Assembly: GCA_046563655.1 (NCBI GenBank)
Contig: CM102287.1
Span: 2,790,001 to 2,854,000 of the forward strand
Reading direction: 5' to 3'
Source: Yuukianura sp. NJ FZ-2021
Taxonomy: Eukaryota
DNA: 64,000 nt
Part shown: one piece after another, positions 12,923-27,500 of the stretch
Numbering within the stretch: position 1 is the first letter of the stretch
Layout: every line of letters starts with the position of its first letter
Translations under genes and position numbers: made by a program
Notes under the pieces: model-generated
Database searches by the model: none
The model's input: only the letters and a program-made list of their open reading frames with translations
What the model was told of the DNA's origin: nothing

Positions 12923-14496
12923 TTAGCCTCTGCTGGCGCTCTGACGAACTTGCCAAACTCGGATGGTGCTGTCGGAGTATCCAGCATACAAGGTCTGTCC
13001 GTCAGTGGACCATGCCAAGGAGAGACAGTCTGGTTGGACGTTTTTGTTCGAAGTTGCATTCACAACTTCCTGCTTCAACTCGTCAACCAGCATCTTTGTC
13101 TCCAAGTCCTAAGATATCGAAAACAAAAATTAGGATTCATCGATCGGTTTGGACACAAAACGGTATAAAGTCCTCCTTACCCAAATCTTGATTGATGATC
13201 CAGTCGCAGCACAAAGCCAGTATCGGTTAGGAGAGAAGCAAAGGGCATTGATGATATCGTTATGATCCAAAGTGTAAAGATGTTTCTCATCATGAAGATC
13301 CCAGAGCATAGCCTTGGCGTCCTTCCCTCCAGAAGCGCAGAGGGAACCGTCTGGAGAGACGGTGACGGTGTTCAAGTATCCACTGTGCTTGTCGTGGGAA
13401 GCCTTCAACTTGCAGTTGCTCAAGTTCCAGACCTAAAACACACAAAAATCAAATTCAGATAGGAACTAAAGTAAACGAAAGACTATTTTCTGATAATTTA
13501 ATTAGTTTCAGTCCCATATCCGCAAGATATAGTTTCATAATTTTTCAAAAACTTGTAAAGTATACATCATTTGCGAAACAAAAAAAAAATTGTAAAGAAA
13601 CTTCGTGCTGGGATTTACCTTGACAGACTTGTCCCAACCGCATGACACGATGATTGGTTGCGAAACGTTTGGTGAAAATCGAACGCATGAAACCCAGTCG
13701 GAGTGTCCTTCCTCCTGGATAGTAAACTTGCACTGGGCCAAAGTGTTCCACAACTTGACGGTATGATCACGAGATCCAGACACGATCTGTCGGTTGTCCG
13801 CGGAGAAAGCTACACTCAACACATCCTAAAAACAATCAAAGATCAATTAATCCGTAATCCCGAAAAGCACAACATGTTTTTTGGATTACCGTGAGTGACC
13901 TTAAGAAAGTTATCACATCGCGATCGTAGATGACGACCTACCTGTGATACCATTCAGGCTCACCTCTTCTCGTGTCAAGTAAAAAAAAAATGAAAAAAAA
14001 AATCTTGCGCACGGTCGATCCCATATGTCAATATTGGCCCACAATGGATGCGACATGTCAATCAGTTGATAACTAAAAGAGTAGAACCTTGGTATGATCT
14101 TCAAAGCGACGAGTGGACTTTCCAACGGCCAAATCCCACAGACGAAGAGTCTTGTCCCAAGATCCAGACAGAGCAAAGTTTCCATCAGTTGACAAAACAA
14201 CGTCAGACACAAAATGGGAATGACCGTAGAGTCGCTTCATGGGATATCCGTAGTTGGATTCATTCCGAGTCAACTTCCAGAGGATCAGAGTATTATCTAG
14301 GAACAACCAACAGAACAATTATTAATTATACTTTATTAATCGATTAATCAGTTGCATAAACTAATTTAACGTTACCTCGAGATCCAGAGATGAGCATACT
14401 CTCATCCTTGGGGTTGGTTGTAATTTGGGTGACCCATCCATTGTGACCTCGCAAGGTTCCGCAGAGTTCGAGTTTAATGTTAGATCCGGATTCCAT
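12923..14496 (-). CDS. RACK1: RACK1, WD40 40S ribosomal scaffold protein
   Basis: [83 protein letters not shown]; five exons. Confidence 0.97.
13505..13579 (-). ncRNA. Intronic C/D box snoRNA, SNORD99-like, predicted 28S rRNA 2'-O-methyl guide
   Basis: Terminal stem GTTTC/GAAAC, box C ATGATG, box D CTGA; guide TGCGGATATGGG is antisense to the conserved 28S segment CCCAUAUCCGCA. Confidence 0.8.
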
Positions 14497-14699
14497 TTCG
14501 AGGAGTTAATTACAAATGTCAATTAGTTTAGTTATCGACTTAATTTAACTCTGGAAAGCAGTGACACGGTGTCTGTATCCTGATTCTGAGGAAGTCCCCC
14601 TCACTGAAAGCCGAATGGACAATGTGCTCACATGCAGTTGGTTCTGAAGTAAAATTTTGCCACTAGATAGCGTATGTAGTTCACGGCAAATGTAAAACC

Positions 14700-14966
14700 G
14701 ACGCCAACTTTTCAAAAACATGTTTCGATGTTTCCTTTCAAGACAAATGCGAGTGAATGAGAATAATTTGGTGAGTGTTACTTTTATATCAAACCGGAAG
14801 GAGTAACACCTAACTCTTTTCCTTTTTTGTTGTTCTCCATTACGTCCGCACTCCCAAACTACCACTGACCCTTTTTCAAAAAATGTGAATTCCTTTTATC
14901 TAGAAACGGAATGAGTAACTGGTAATTCTTTTGAGGAGTAACGTGTTACTCCTTTGCAGATTTCTG
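14700..14966 (-). repeat. Dispersed repeat copy 3 (inverted), upstream of RACK1
   Basis: Reverse complement reads CAGAAATCTGCAAAGGAG..GTTACTCC..GGGAGTGCGGACGTAATGGA..CTCACCAAATTAT, as in copies 1 and 2. Confidence 0.65.
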
Positions 14967-15330
14967 ATTGGCCGGCAGATTTCCATTGGTTGGCTCACAT
15001 GTCGAAACTCTTAAATTATGTAGTGAGAGAGTGAGACCGACTAATTCTTTAAAAATAAGAACCGTGCAATACTTCGCTCGAATAAATTCTGCAAATAAAT
15101 AAATTCTGCAAATAAATAAATTCTACGCCAAAGATTTTTCACTTTATAACAATTTGGAAATTGTCAATTAAAAAGAGAACGACTTTTATTGGAGCTTGTC
15201 AAAAATTATTCTTAGCAATTAAACTGGAAAACTGGAATAGATTACTAGTTAGTAAAATAGGAAAAATTAGTACTAAAGTTGTCCTGATGATGATGATGAA
15301 ATCAATCCCGGAAGTTCAAATGTCGACTCA

Positions 15331-16406
<1,076 letters not shown>

Positions 16407-17053
16407 TCAAGTAGTACGTCGAATTGACCTCTCGTGACCCCGAACCCGACTCTCTAAATACAAAAAGACCGAAATGAAAAATCAAGATCAAGGAAGGAGA
16501 GACGAATGACATTCTGCGTTCATTTCTGACACCATGTTATGATTAACCCTTACCGTTCAAATGCCTTCTGCTGACTTTTCGGGAGCTTGACAATTGACCT
16601 TTGTGTGTTCTGTCCTCGTTCTCGTCACTCGACTACAATGTTCTGGTTCTTCTATGGAGCTGGAGCTGGATGTGTCCAACAAATCGACAAAAGATAGAAG
16701 AAAAGAATTTCAAAGTTCCCAGTGTGTATTGGCGCCTGAAAGCGGGAGAAAGACAGGCGGAATGGTAAGGGCGGAGCTTAGCCTATTTTTCGCAATAAAA
16801 TGACACGAACTTTAGCTTACAGTAGTACAAGTACAATTAAACTAATTACCTTCACTAATTAATTAATTCAAACGTGAATTGTGTTAAATTTTATTTATTT
16901 TCCAATAAAGCTTAAATATTGTGTAGTAAGGGAATTAACAAAGAGCAAACGATGAAAAATGTTGACCTGTGACCTGGGATGATGCAAAAGGCAAAGCAAT
17001 TAAGTTTTCTTCTTCGATCTTCGATGGGTTTACACCGGAGTTGTTAACTTCAG

Positions 17054-19170
17054 TTAATCGTAGTCTCCACACTCATCTTGGTAGTTGCGATAGTCCTTTT
17101 GATTTTCTGGACTCAACTTGATGAGGTCATCAATCCGAAGAATCGTAATTGCAGCTTCAGTAGCAAACTTGAGACTTTTGATCTTGGAAACTGCTGGTTC
17201 CAGAACTCCTGCTTCCTTGTTATCTCGAACAGTTCCTTCAAACAGGTCCAGACCAATCCTAAGACAAGAGAGTAGCGTTAATTATAACATAAATATTAAT
17301 GAACAAAGCGTAAAATTCAATTAAAGTTGACTCCTTACCACTTGAGATGCGAATGATCAGTTTTAGTCTGAGCGGCGTTGTGATAGGCTCGCAGTTTCGC
17401 GACGAGTTCAGTAGCATCCTGGGCTGCATTGACCGACAAAACTTTTGGGATGATCAACAAGGACTTGGCATACTCCGCAATTGCCAGTTGTTCTCGAGAA
17501 CTCAGCGAAGTTGCAAAGTTTTCCAAGTAGATGGACAGTGCTGCTTCGACGGCTCCACCTCCAGGCACCACTTTCTTGCTCTCACAGACTCGCTTGATGA
17601 CACAGAGCGAATCGTGGATTGACCTTTCCATTTCGTCGACGTAGAAGTCGTTTGGACCACGTAGGATGATGGACGCTGCTGACCGAACTTTAGGGCTGCA
17701 AGAAAAAGCTGATCTTAGTATTCGATTAACGCTTAAATCCGATTTATCTGAACTTACTCCTTGATCAAGATCAGTTCATCGTCACAGATTCGTTCCTGGA
17801 CAACTTCCTTGGCTTCTCCCAGATAAGAGGCTTCAAAAGTTTCATCTCCTTCCAAATTGGCCAGAGAAGACAACAAAGTTGCTCCAGTAGCTTTTGCAAT
17901 TCGCTTCAAGTCAGCCTTCTTGCAGCGACGTACAGCCATGGCTCCAGCGTCGATGAAATACTGTTTAGAAATTGTAACATATAAAGCTTTTCGAAAAAAC
18001 AACGTGTTTTGAAAGTTTGCCAACTTTTACTGACCTTGAGGCAAACATCGTCAATTCCACCGGTAACAAGGACAACATTTGTGCCTGGTTTCAAGATCTT
18101 GGCGACCTTTTCCTTGGTCATGTCAGATTCTCTCAATCGAATGGCTTCTAGCTGAGCTGGATCACTCACGAGCACTTGAACACCCAACTTCATCTTGGCC
18201 TTTTGCAGGGAAAAGTCGAGACATGCAATCTTGGCTTTCTCCACTCTCTTGACCATCAGCTGAGAAGCAACGGTGCAGTTGAGAGCGTATCCAGGAACAA
18301 GAATACTTTCTCGAGCACTCTTTCCATGAGCTTTTAGAATATTGATGGACTTGATGGGGTAAACGGAGTTCCCTTTGGAATCGTTGTACTTGATTGCCTC
18401 ACAAGCATCAACGGCAATCTTACTGAAGTAATCCGCGTCACTAAAAATCAAAGGGCTTTTTTAAAACTTTCTGGAAGGAAGTATTATGGCTTCCGGCAGG
18501 ATACACCATCGGCACTTAGACTTACGCTCCAATCAATTTGCTGGACATGGACGTTTTCGCAGCGTTGATAAGGCAGTCCTTCCCCAGTTCTGCCACTGGA
18601 ATCGTCAGATGATCAGCTATATAACGACAGGCTTCCCTAATTGAATAAAATTAAGCTTAAAATTTTGAAGTTCTATTGAAAATGTAAAGTTCTTGGTTGA
18701 TGAACTTACTTGCACGCTAGACGATATCCAGAAATGATGGTCGTTGGATGGATCTTCTGTTTCACCAATTCATCAGCATTCTTCAGCAGTTCAGCTGCAA
18801 TTATCACAACGGATGTTGTTCCATCACCAACCTCTTCATCTTGTAGCTGTGCCAGTTCAACCAGTACTTTTGCCGCTGGATGCTCAACTTCAATTAGCTT
18901 GAGGATCGTTGCTCCATCATTGGTAATCGTAACATCTCCAATATCATCCACCAGCATCTTGTCCAAACCAACTGGACCCAGAGAACTCTTCACGATGTTC
19001 GAAATTGTAGTTGCTGCCATTACTGTAAAAGTATGAGAAAAAGGAAAAAGTTGTAAGGTTTCCGGTACAATTTCGAAAGGAATGTTTCACAATTGCTTGA
19101 ATTCCTTACCATTTTGTGTCCTGATGGAAGTGCCAGTTGTCCTTGTCCCAATTACCGATAGTCCGGCCAT
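17054..19170 (-). CDS. TCP1: T-complex protein 1 subunit alpha (CCT1)
   Basis: [70 protein letters not shown]. Confidence 0.97.
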
Positions 19171-19304
19171 TATTGTAGTTAATCAGTTGACAGTTAATTG
19201 GTAAAAATCCGTTAATCAATTGATGAATCACTGCAAATCAAGGGAACACCTCAACTTTTCTTCCAGAACAAAAAGAACGAAATGAATAAAATTTCAAAAC
19301 CACG

Positions 19305-19315
19305 TTTTTGGCGGG
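19305..19315. promoter_or_regulatory. Candidate E2F-type site (TTTTGGCGGG) in the TCP1/TFAM divergent promoter
   Basis: Motif match only; a similar TTTTGGCGG lies at ~35767 between KCTD5 and Su(var)3-9. Confidence 0.3.
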
Positions 19316-19993
19316 TACGACTAACAGCCATCTTACACAACACCCTCACCGTCACCACCGAGTGAAAGTGCACCGGATTGAGATAATTATAATATTAATA
19401 ATAATAATAATTAAAAGTATTATATTAATATTACATTAACTTGTTTATATAATAATTACATTAAATAAACTAGAAACTTAAAAAGTATGGTGACGATTTA
19501 AAAAAATAAAATCTTGAACGTTCCTGATTTCTCATAAATGAGGAAAATACATTTTATTGAATTTTTTAGCCAAAGGGTGGATTTTTTCCAAAAAGTAATA
19601 AGTTAGAAAGTTGGAAGGTATGATGCTAATTTTAAAAAAATTAAATTTTGTAAAGTTTTGATTGTTTATTAATTAGGAAAATGCACTTTAGTGAATTACA
19701 CCTAATCTAATACTTACTTACCTAATCTAAAACACTGTGAATTCTTAGGATGTCCAACACCATACGACGGAGAGTGGTGTGAGAAGACCCGAAAGTGCAA
19801 CCACTCCTCCGCCCCCCCACAGCATGACCTCCTCACTTCTGTACTGTGCAAATCCTCAACATTTCGAATCTTTTGTCATTTGTTTTGTTTACTTTTAATA
19901 TTTACCTTACAATTCAATTTGTTGATCAATTGATTGCAGAAATTAACACGAGCTGTAGCTGGTCCGAAAGGTCATCAAGGTCAGGAGACCAGA

Positions 19994-21069
19994 ATGAGCG
20001 CAATGAAGTGGATATCGCAGGGACTGCGGAATCTGGGTGTCGGTGGCTCCAGTCCAGCAGCAGTCGCTCCAGCTCTTCAATCGAGGTTACCCACTTCACC
20101 GTAATTTGTCGTTTAAATTTTAAACATTTTAAACTAATTGTGATTGTCCATTTAACAAGTTAATGTAAAAATATTAATAGGTTTTGGATTTTCTGTTTCA
20201 ATTATAGGCTCGCTGGGACTCATGCTGCAGTATCTGTTCCTCCGAAACCGAAACGACCAATGAGCGCTTACTTCCGGTACGTTTTTTATTAAATTCAATG
20301 AAATCCACAGTTGAGATGTAGTTCATTTGTATTTCGTTGTATTTTGTTTAGCTATCTTGGAGAAGTTCGCCCTGAACTTGTGAAGAAGCATCCAGGCCTG
20401 AAGTCAACTGGTAATCCATACATTTCAGAAGAACAACTGCCCAACTCTTATGCAGATTTTCGTTTTTTTTAATGTTTTTACGTTTTACAACAGAGATTGT
20501 GAAACTCGTGGGTGAGCGATGGGCTAAGCTGGATCAGCACACAAAGGAGCAGTATTCTGCCAACTTCCTGAAGGAGATGAAAGAATACAAAACTGTAATT
20601 GAGAAGTACGAGAAATCCTTGACTCCAGCACAGAGAGAGGCTCAAGAACAATTAAAGATTACCAAGGAGCTTCGACAAGAGAAAACGGAGAAGAGACGAA
20701 GACTGGCTGAATTGGGGAAACCCAAGAAACCGCCGAGTGCCTTTCTCCAGTTTCTCAAATCCAAGGTTTCTCCAGGAACTTCCATGAAGGAGCATCTCGA
20801 GACTTCACAAAAGTATGGACCCATTTGGAAAAACGAAATGACAGAGGCAGACAAAGCTCCATTTGTAGCCAAGTACAACAAATTGATGGAAGAGTACGAG
20901 AAAGCACTGAGCAAGTGGGAGAGCGAGATGAAAAAATTGGTAAGTTAAAAAGCTGCTAATTAAAACGTTTCACTCTTCTCACCTTTTAATTACTGATCTT
21001 GAATTACAGGGACATGACGATCTTATCCGTGTCCACCCACCGAAAGAATCAGCTACCAAAACGAAGTAA
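19994..21069 (+). CDS. TFAM: Mitochondrial transcription factor A (two HMG boxes)
   Basis: Presequence-like N-terminus; PPKPKRPMSAYFRYL..W..L; LGKPKKPPSAFLQF..W..MTEADK..Y; C-terminal WESEMKKLGHDDLIR; five exons. Confidence 0.88.
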
Positions 21070-21524
21070 CCTCTTGTATCTTTACATTAATCGTAGCATT
21101 TTTGTCAAGTTTGATATGTAGGAAGTTATCGATATCGATTGTCTCAATATCCTAATTTGCGATAACTTTATCCAGAATTCGGAAAAATCTCAGTTTTTGG
21201 AAAATTGACGTGTATGAGTGTTTAGTTTTTCTATAAAATTAAGGAATACAAAAGTTATCCTGAAGAACTTATCCTAACGGGTTCGATTTTTATTTTTCCA
21301 AACCGTGACGGCCATTTTCTTTTGCTGGTTTAATTAGTAATTAAAATTAAAATTTAGCTTAAGTTAACAACTTCTAAAGTTAACCATATCCGCTACTAAC
21401 TTTCTAAAGTGAGAAGTGTTAACGTTAAGTACCCAGTCATTTTCAATTTTAGTTAAGCTTTTTGTTCCCTTTAGTAAGGTTTACAACGAAAACGAATAAC
21501 CTTGCAACAATTAATTGTTAATCG

Positions 21525-24500
21525 TTAATTATTTACGATTTCTTCAACATACGTAGCTGGAAATATGCCTACTTGTCCATTCAGTTCGCCCAGCCACCAC
21601 CCATCGTCTTGCTTGTCATGCACGTTTAGAATTTCTCCTGGAACGATTTCAAAAACCACAATTTTCAAAATTTTGAAACTTTAAAATTTTGAAATGAGTC
21701 ACACCTCACCTGTCTTGATCGTCAGTTCATCAAACATGTTTGACTCATAGTCGTAGATAGCTCGACATTGACCGATAGACGGAGCAATGCTAGGGATGGG
21801 GACAGCCACAAGGTCAGAGGTCGCAGGGGGCTCCTTCGCTTTGACACTGCTTTCATCCGGACTTGTTGGGAGGGACAATGACTCGTCAAAAACGTCTTCA
21901 TTCATGTGCTCACTTCCTTCACTCGAAAACTCATCTAGGATTTTCAAAAATCAAAATTTCAAAAGTTCAAAATTTCAGAAAACATTTTCCAAAAATTTAG
22001 AAACCTACCAAAGTCGTCATGGTCCGTTGAGTGTACTACTGGATGGTCCTTGGTCTCTCGCCAATCAGGTGACACGCTGCCAGCCGATCCAGAACCAGAA
22101 TCGGCTGCACTGCTGTTGCCATGGTTCAAGCATTCGTCTCTCGCCCACGTCGGAACCTAAGATAATGTCAATCAATCAATTGATCTAACTTTAATTAATC
22201 AATTAATCTAACTTTGATTAGTCTAACCTTCAGTATTGTCTGTGGCAGTCCTTGTTTGTCTCTCTGATGTCTCATGTACTGCGTAATGGCAGCATTTGGT
22301 CTCTGTCGTCCTTCTTGATCTGCAACAGCATTCTCTATCTTGGTCCTCGCACCTTCCAAGTACAGCAGCATCGCCTTCACATAGTACAGTCTGTCTGATA
22401 GGTCATGGTGCGCCGTTTCGATCTTTGGACTCGTGTCACCCAGGGTTCTGGACAAGCCTTCTATATTAAAATATTAATATAATATATAATATATTATACA
22501 TATTAATATATATTAATATGATATACCAATACTGGAAGCTCCTTTACGTTCTCGTTCCAGATCCTGCTTGATGACAAACAGAAACTTCTGGAGAGCCTCC
22601 ATCCTTCGCTCCTTTTTCATGAGATTGGCAGTATCCTCGGCATAGAAATCCGGCAGGAGCTGTTCACATCCAGCATGGCGCCGAATGTCCACGACTGAGT
22701 GCATATCCTGCTCCACACTGCACGTTTTGATTGGTTCTTCAAGGCTGTCTGAACTCCGCAGCAGGTTGGGTATAAAGTCGTTGAAATGCTGCAAGTATTT
22801 TGTTGCCAATTCCTTCAGAAGAGCCAACTTCTCCTCTTCCAGCGTCCTTAAGCAAGTACTGCCGTTTCTTATGGCTCCTTCCCATTCCAGTCTACAGAAA
22901 AAACACAATTTTAAAAACTTTTTCCAAAAATTTCAAAATTTTAATAAAATTTTGATTTGTTGTACCTCGCTCTCTCTGATCGTACGCAGAACGTGTAGTA
23001 TTCAATATCAGCTCGTCTTACGGCCTCTTCGGCTTTTCGCCTCTTGGCTTCTAACTGTAAAAATAAAATTGGCACAATTTTTATCAACTCTGAAAATCTT
23101 TCCATCAATGATTGATTGACATCATGTTTTCCTTTTTCGCACAAGTTGGCACACATAATTGCAAATTGGGAAATTTCGCAACAAAATTCGCAAGTCATCA
23201 AAGCTTTCCAAACGGCAGAGTAATAACAAAAATAAATCAAATCCAGACAAAAATTAAGCCCGGAAACCCCGATACGAAAAATGAATTTAAAAAATAGCAA
23301 AAATTCTGTTGTGTTTTTATCACTCGCAAAAATGATTTAAAACTTCAAATTCGCAAGTATTTGCACATGCAAAATTTGATTCCGAGTCACTTCTTTAAAC
23401 TTGTGAGGAAAGCGCACACAAGGAATGAATGGAAACCTTTTTGCAAATTCTGAAATGTTTTGAAACTGCCAGTTTTAAGTGCCACCGAACATTAAATTTT
23501 GAAATCATGCCGATATTTTCTTAGACTTTTTCAGATAAATCGTCATTACTCATGATAGTTTCATTCGACCAAAAAAATTCTGTTTGAACACAAAATGCTG
23601 TTTGAACGTGTTTGGACATTTGAATTTTACCTTGATGGGATCCTTGTCGGGCGGAGGAAGGCTGAGTACGCGTGACCTTGCTTTGACCTCTGCCAGAACA
23701 GAGTTGGCTTGACTATGTAGATTGGTGGTGGACATGTTAAGTGGTCCGCCAGTAGATGCTGGACCGTTGCCTGGCAACGGTGCTGGCACTGTTTGAACAG
23801 CAGTAGAGGCAGGAGGCGGTGCATTTTCTTGAATTTTCTCAAAATCTTTTGAACTTGAGAAACACTGACGCTTGGCCTATAAAAAAAAAAGAAGGTCAAA
23901 GGTCATGGTCAGTCTTACTAGGAATCAACTCAAAACTAACAAATTCAGCAGTTCTTCAACTTTTTAAGTTTGAAGTGGCGCTTTGAGCAAACAAATTTTA
24001 AAATTTCAAATTCAAAATCTGCAACTTTTTTTGCAAATTACCTTCGCTTCAGCAATTCTCCACTCTGCCAAATTCCGAGTCGTCTTCTCCACGAGGCCTT
24101 CGACCGATTTGCGAATTTTATGCTGCGTCTCTGTCGAATTTCGCAACGGTTTTGCAATCTCATCCAAAAGCGCCGTTGACCAAACTCTGAAAACACAGAT
24201 CAAAAGAAGAAAAAATTCACAGATTGTTCACACTTGTTCTGTAGAGCACTTGGCAAAAAATTGTTATGAAATATGAAAAGTCTTTTTCCGACTTTTTTGA
24301 AAGTTAAAGTTTGTTCCAACTTTTAAAAATTTTGTGTAATTTGAAAAAAAAGCATCAATATGCTGCTTTACATTCGTTCTGCTCGTTTTAATTGAAAACT
24401 GATTTTGGGCGACCACGCCTGGTCACACCTTGAATTTTTAAATTCTTGAAGCCATGGGATTTATGAGGTAGAAAGACGACGGTAGTTTTGGCAATTAACG

Positions 24501-27500
24501 TTGCCAATTTGCGAATTTGCTAATTTGCCAAATCTGTTTATGAATGGAGTGATCTCATGGTTCCTCATTTTATTATTTCAACCTCACCGCCCTTGGACTA
24601 CTTTAATAAATAGTTACTCCCGCCGCTGTTCTTCATCCGCCCACAAAAAGTACTCACAATCAAACACTCACTTAAAGTTAAGCTTTTGTCAATGAAACAC
24701 ACAAACTACACCAAAATTTAGCAAAACTGAGACAAAAATTAAAAAACAAAAACATTCTCTTCTGTTTTCTATCGTTTGAACAAAGAAAATTTCAAGTAAC
24801 TTTGGATTTTTTTGTCTAGTGATGACTGATTGTTTTTTATATTTTAGTTTCCTTGTATGGACCTGGCGAGATTCGAACCCGCCTCCGCATTTGGCATTCC
24901 ATGGTCCAAAAGCAAGTGATTTCCCTTGATTCTCTTTGGATTTCAAATTTGGAAGAGATGCAAGGAAAACATTAAGGAAAAAGAGACGCCTCCACAGTCA
25001 GAAGCGGATCTTTCACTTTTTAGCTTATTCCTGATCCAACCAAAGTTTAGGAAAACAAAGGAAAGCCAACAAAAACAGAAGCAAAGTTCAATCTCTACTC
25101 ATGTCACATTTGCAGGAAAATTCAGGATAAATCAGGATAAGGAGATAAAATCATCTCCTTAATTTAGGATAAAAACCGACCATTGTAGTACTAACTAAAG
25201 TAGTATACTAACTTTAGTAGTACTAACTTTAGATAGAATGCTATTTGTATAATACTAGCGCCGTGTAACAAAAAAATATGCAGAAAGCAAACAAAAATTT
25301 ATGAAATTCAGATCTAGATCTGTCGACGAGTTTTTGTGCAAATATTTTCAAAATCTGAAATTTTCTACTCACAAAACTAACCAAACTTCAAACTCAATTT
25401 GGTTTTTGTTGTTGTAAATTTTATAAATTTTGGAAAAAGTAATTCCGAAGTGAGAGATGGATGACCTTGGAGATTCGCAGAAGACGGAACGGAAGACACC
25501 ACTTTTGTGTCACTGTCACCCGTAAAAGATTAAAAAAGTCCCAGGAGCATATCAAAATATTACGCAGAATGAGAGAGAAGCCCTTCACGCTTTGCAAATA
25601 TTTTTTTTGCAAAGTCGTAACCATTTTTCATAATAAAGGACAAAAAATTATGCCAACTAGAACTCTCTTATAATCCTAGCCTTGAAGAACCTTGAGTCGT
25701 CAAAAAACTGAAATTAATCGGAAACACTAGAAGTGCACTGATAAAAATTCCTGTAAAATTGGGTGACATGCTCTGGCGCCTAGATTCCCATTTATTTGCA
25801 ACCCAATTCGCCAAAATTAAAGTCAGCGAGGCATGGACTAAACAAATCACTCAATTTCCAATTCATTCCCACACCTTTCTAAAGTATTTGGAGCCAAAAA
25901 CGAAGTTTTGGCACTAAATTTTTTTTGTTGCAAAAAAAAATTTGCAAAAATACTGGCGCATCGTGAGCGTCAAAATTTTTTTAAACAGTTTACTGTCAAG
26001 AGGTCAATTTGAATTAGATTTAAAACAAACTTTAGTAGGCCACAAACCATCAAGTGTTTAGAAAAGTACGAAAATATTTAGAAACAGAAACACTTTTCTT
26101 AAAAAAAGTGTTTTCAAACATAAAGTGCCAAAAACTTCGTTCTAAATGCCAAAATTTTCAACGTTAAAACACGCCCAATGTTAAAAAAAAAGTATTTTTC
26201 ACCAAAGTTTCAACTATTTAGCCTAAGTTGCTACAATTCTATCTTCTTCCTGTTGTAAAAAGTGTGCTGGCCGTTGACCTTTGGACTAAACTCTCTGAGT
26301 AGTTTTAACTCAAGAAGTTAAAAGTAGTTTTAACTGTAGTTAAACAGTGAGAATGTTTTAACTAGTATTGAATTAGTGTTAATTAGTAATTATAAGTAGT
26401 TAATTACCTGTGTAGCTCTGCCTGCGTATCTATCTGTACAGCGACTGCTTGCCAAGCGTGTGCAACTGACCCTGTCGCTTCCTTGGAGGCTTTGAGTAGC
26501 TTAGCAGACAATTTGGAGAGCCCTTTGGCATAAGTGGCCTCCAACTCTGACCTACATTTGTGCAAAAACAAAAAGAAACAATCACATTTACACATTTTTT
26601 GCACAGAACTTAAAGCAGCCTGCTTCCCTTATTAAAACTGGGTCTCATTTACATCCCCATTCAAACAACACTGTTTCCTCTCCACTTTTTGAAATACGAA
26701 ATTTTCGGTTTTTAAATTTCAAATTTCAAAAGCTAGTTTTTCAAAAAAACAGATTTTTGAACAAAAAAAAAATTCAATGGGAATTGGGCAGTGCGACACC
26801 AGCTCCAGTGATTAACTAATATAAAATTGTACTAAGGTTTGTTCAACTTTTGTGAAAAATTTGGAGCAGTAGCTACAATTTGCAAAATCGTCAAAACTTT
26901 TTGTTTTGAAAAAAATTTACCTTTCCTGGAGGACAGCAGCCAAATCCTTGCAAAAATCGCCACCCTGCTTCACAACGCGTCTTAACTCTTCAAACTCGTT
27001 CTGACCCTGTAATTATAAATAATATAAATGATAATTATACATTAATAACAATATTTAAGTATAATTGCTTTGTTAAATTAACTTAACTGTACCACCGTTC
27101 TAAGTTTTGTTAGTTTTGTTAAAACACTATGTACTTACACATCCAGTTTTCACAATGAAATGATGTACACCATAAATGGAGTTTCTTTTTATCCAAAACT
27201 TAACATTTTGTTTTTTTTTTGTTGAAAATAAAAATAGCATAAAATTGAAAAATTCGCACAAAGTTGCTAAAATTTTAAAATTAGCCGAAAGCAAAACACT
27301 TGCTATTAATAACGTTATGAGAAGCACGTCAATCACAGGAAACAGCAACTTAGGAACATCCACCCACCCGATCTGTCATAAAAGTATTTCCGAAAAGCTT
27401 AATTTAACCCGTTCAACAAAAACTATCATGGGAATTTTAAACAAACTTTTTTTGAAAACCAAAAATAGAATGTTTCAAATTCCAAAACAGTTTTGGAACC

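Noticed and set aside
17078..19036. Plus-strand ORFs over TCP1 (and similar ones over RACK1, PCNA and NOSTRIN)
   Set aside because: Antisense shadows of conserved coding exons
21127..21140. DRE-like TATCGATA
   Set aside because: Lies downstream of the TFAM stop rather than in a promoter
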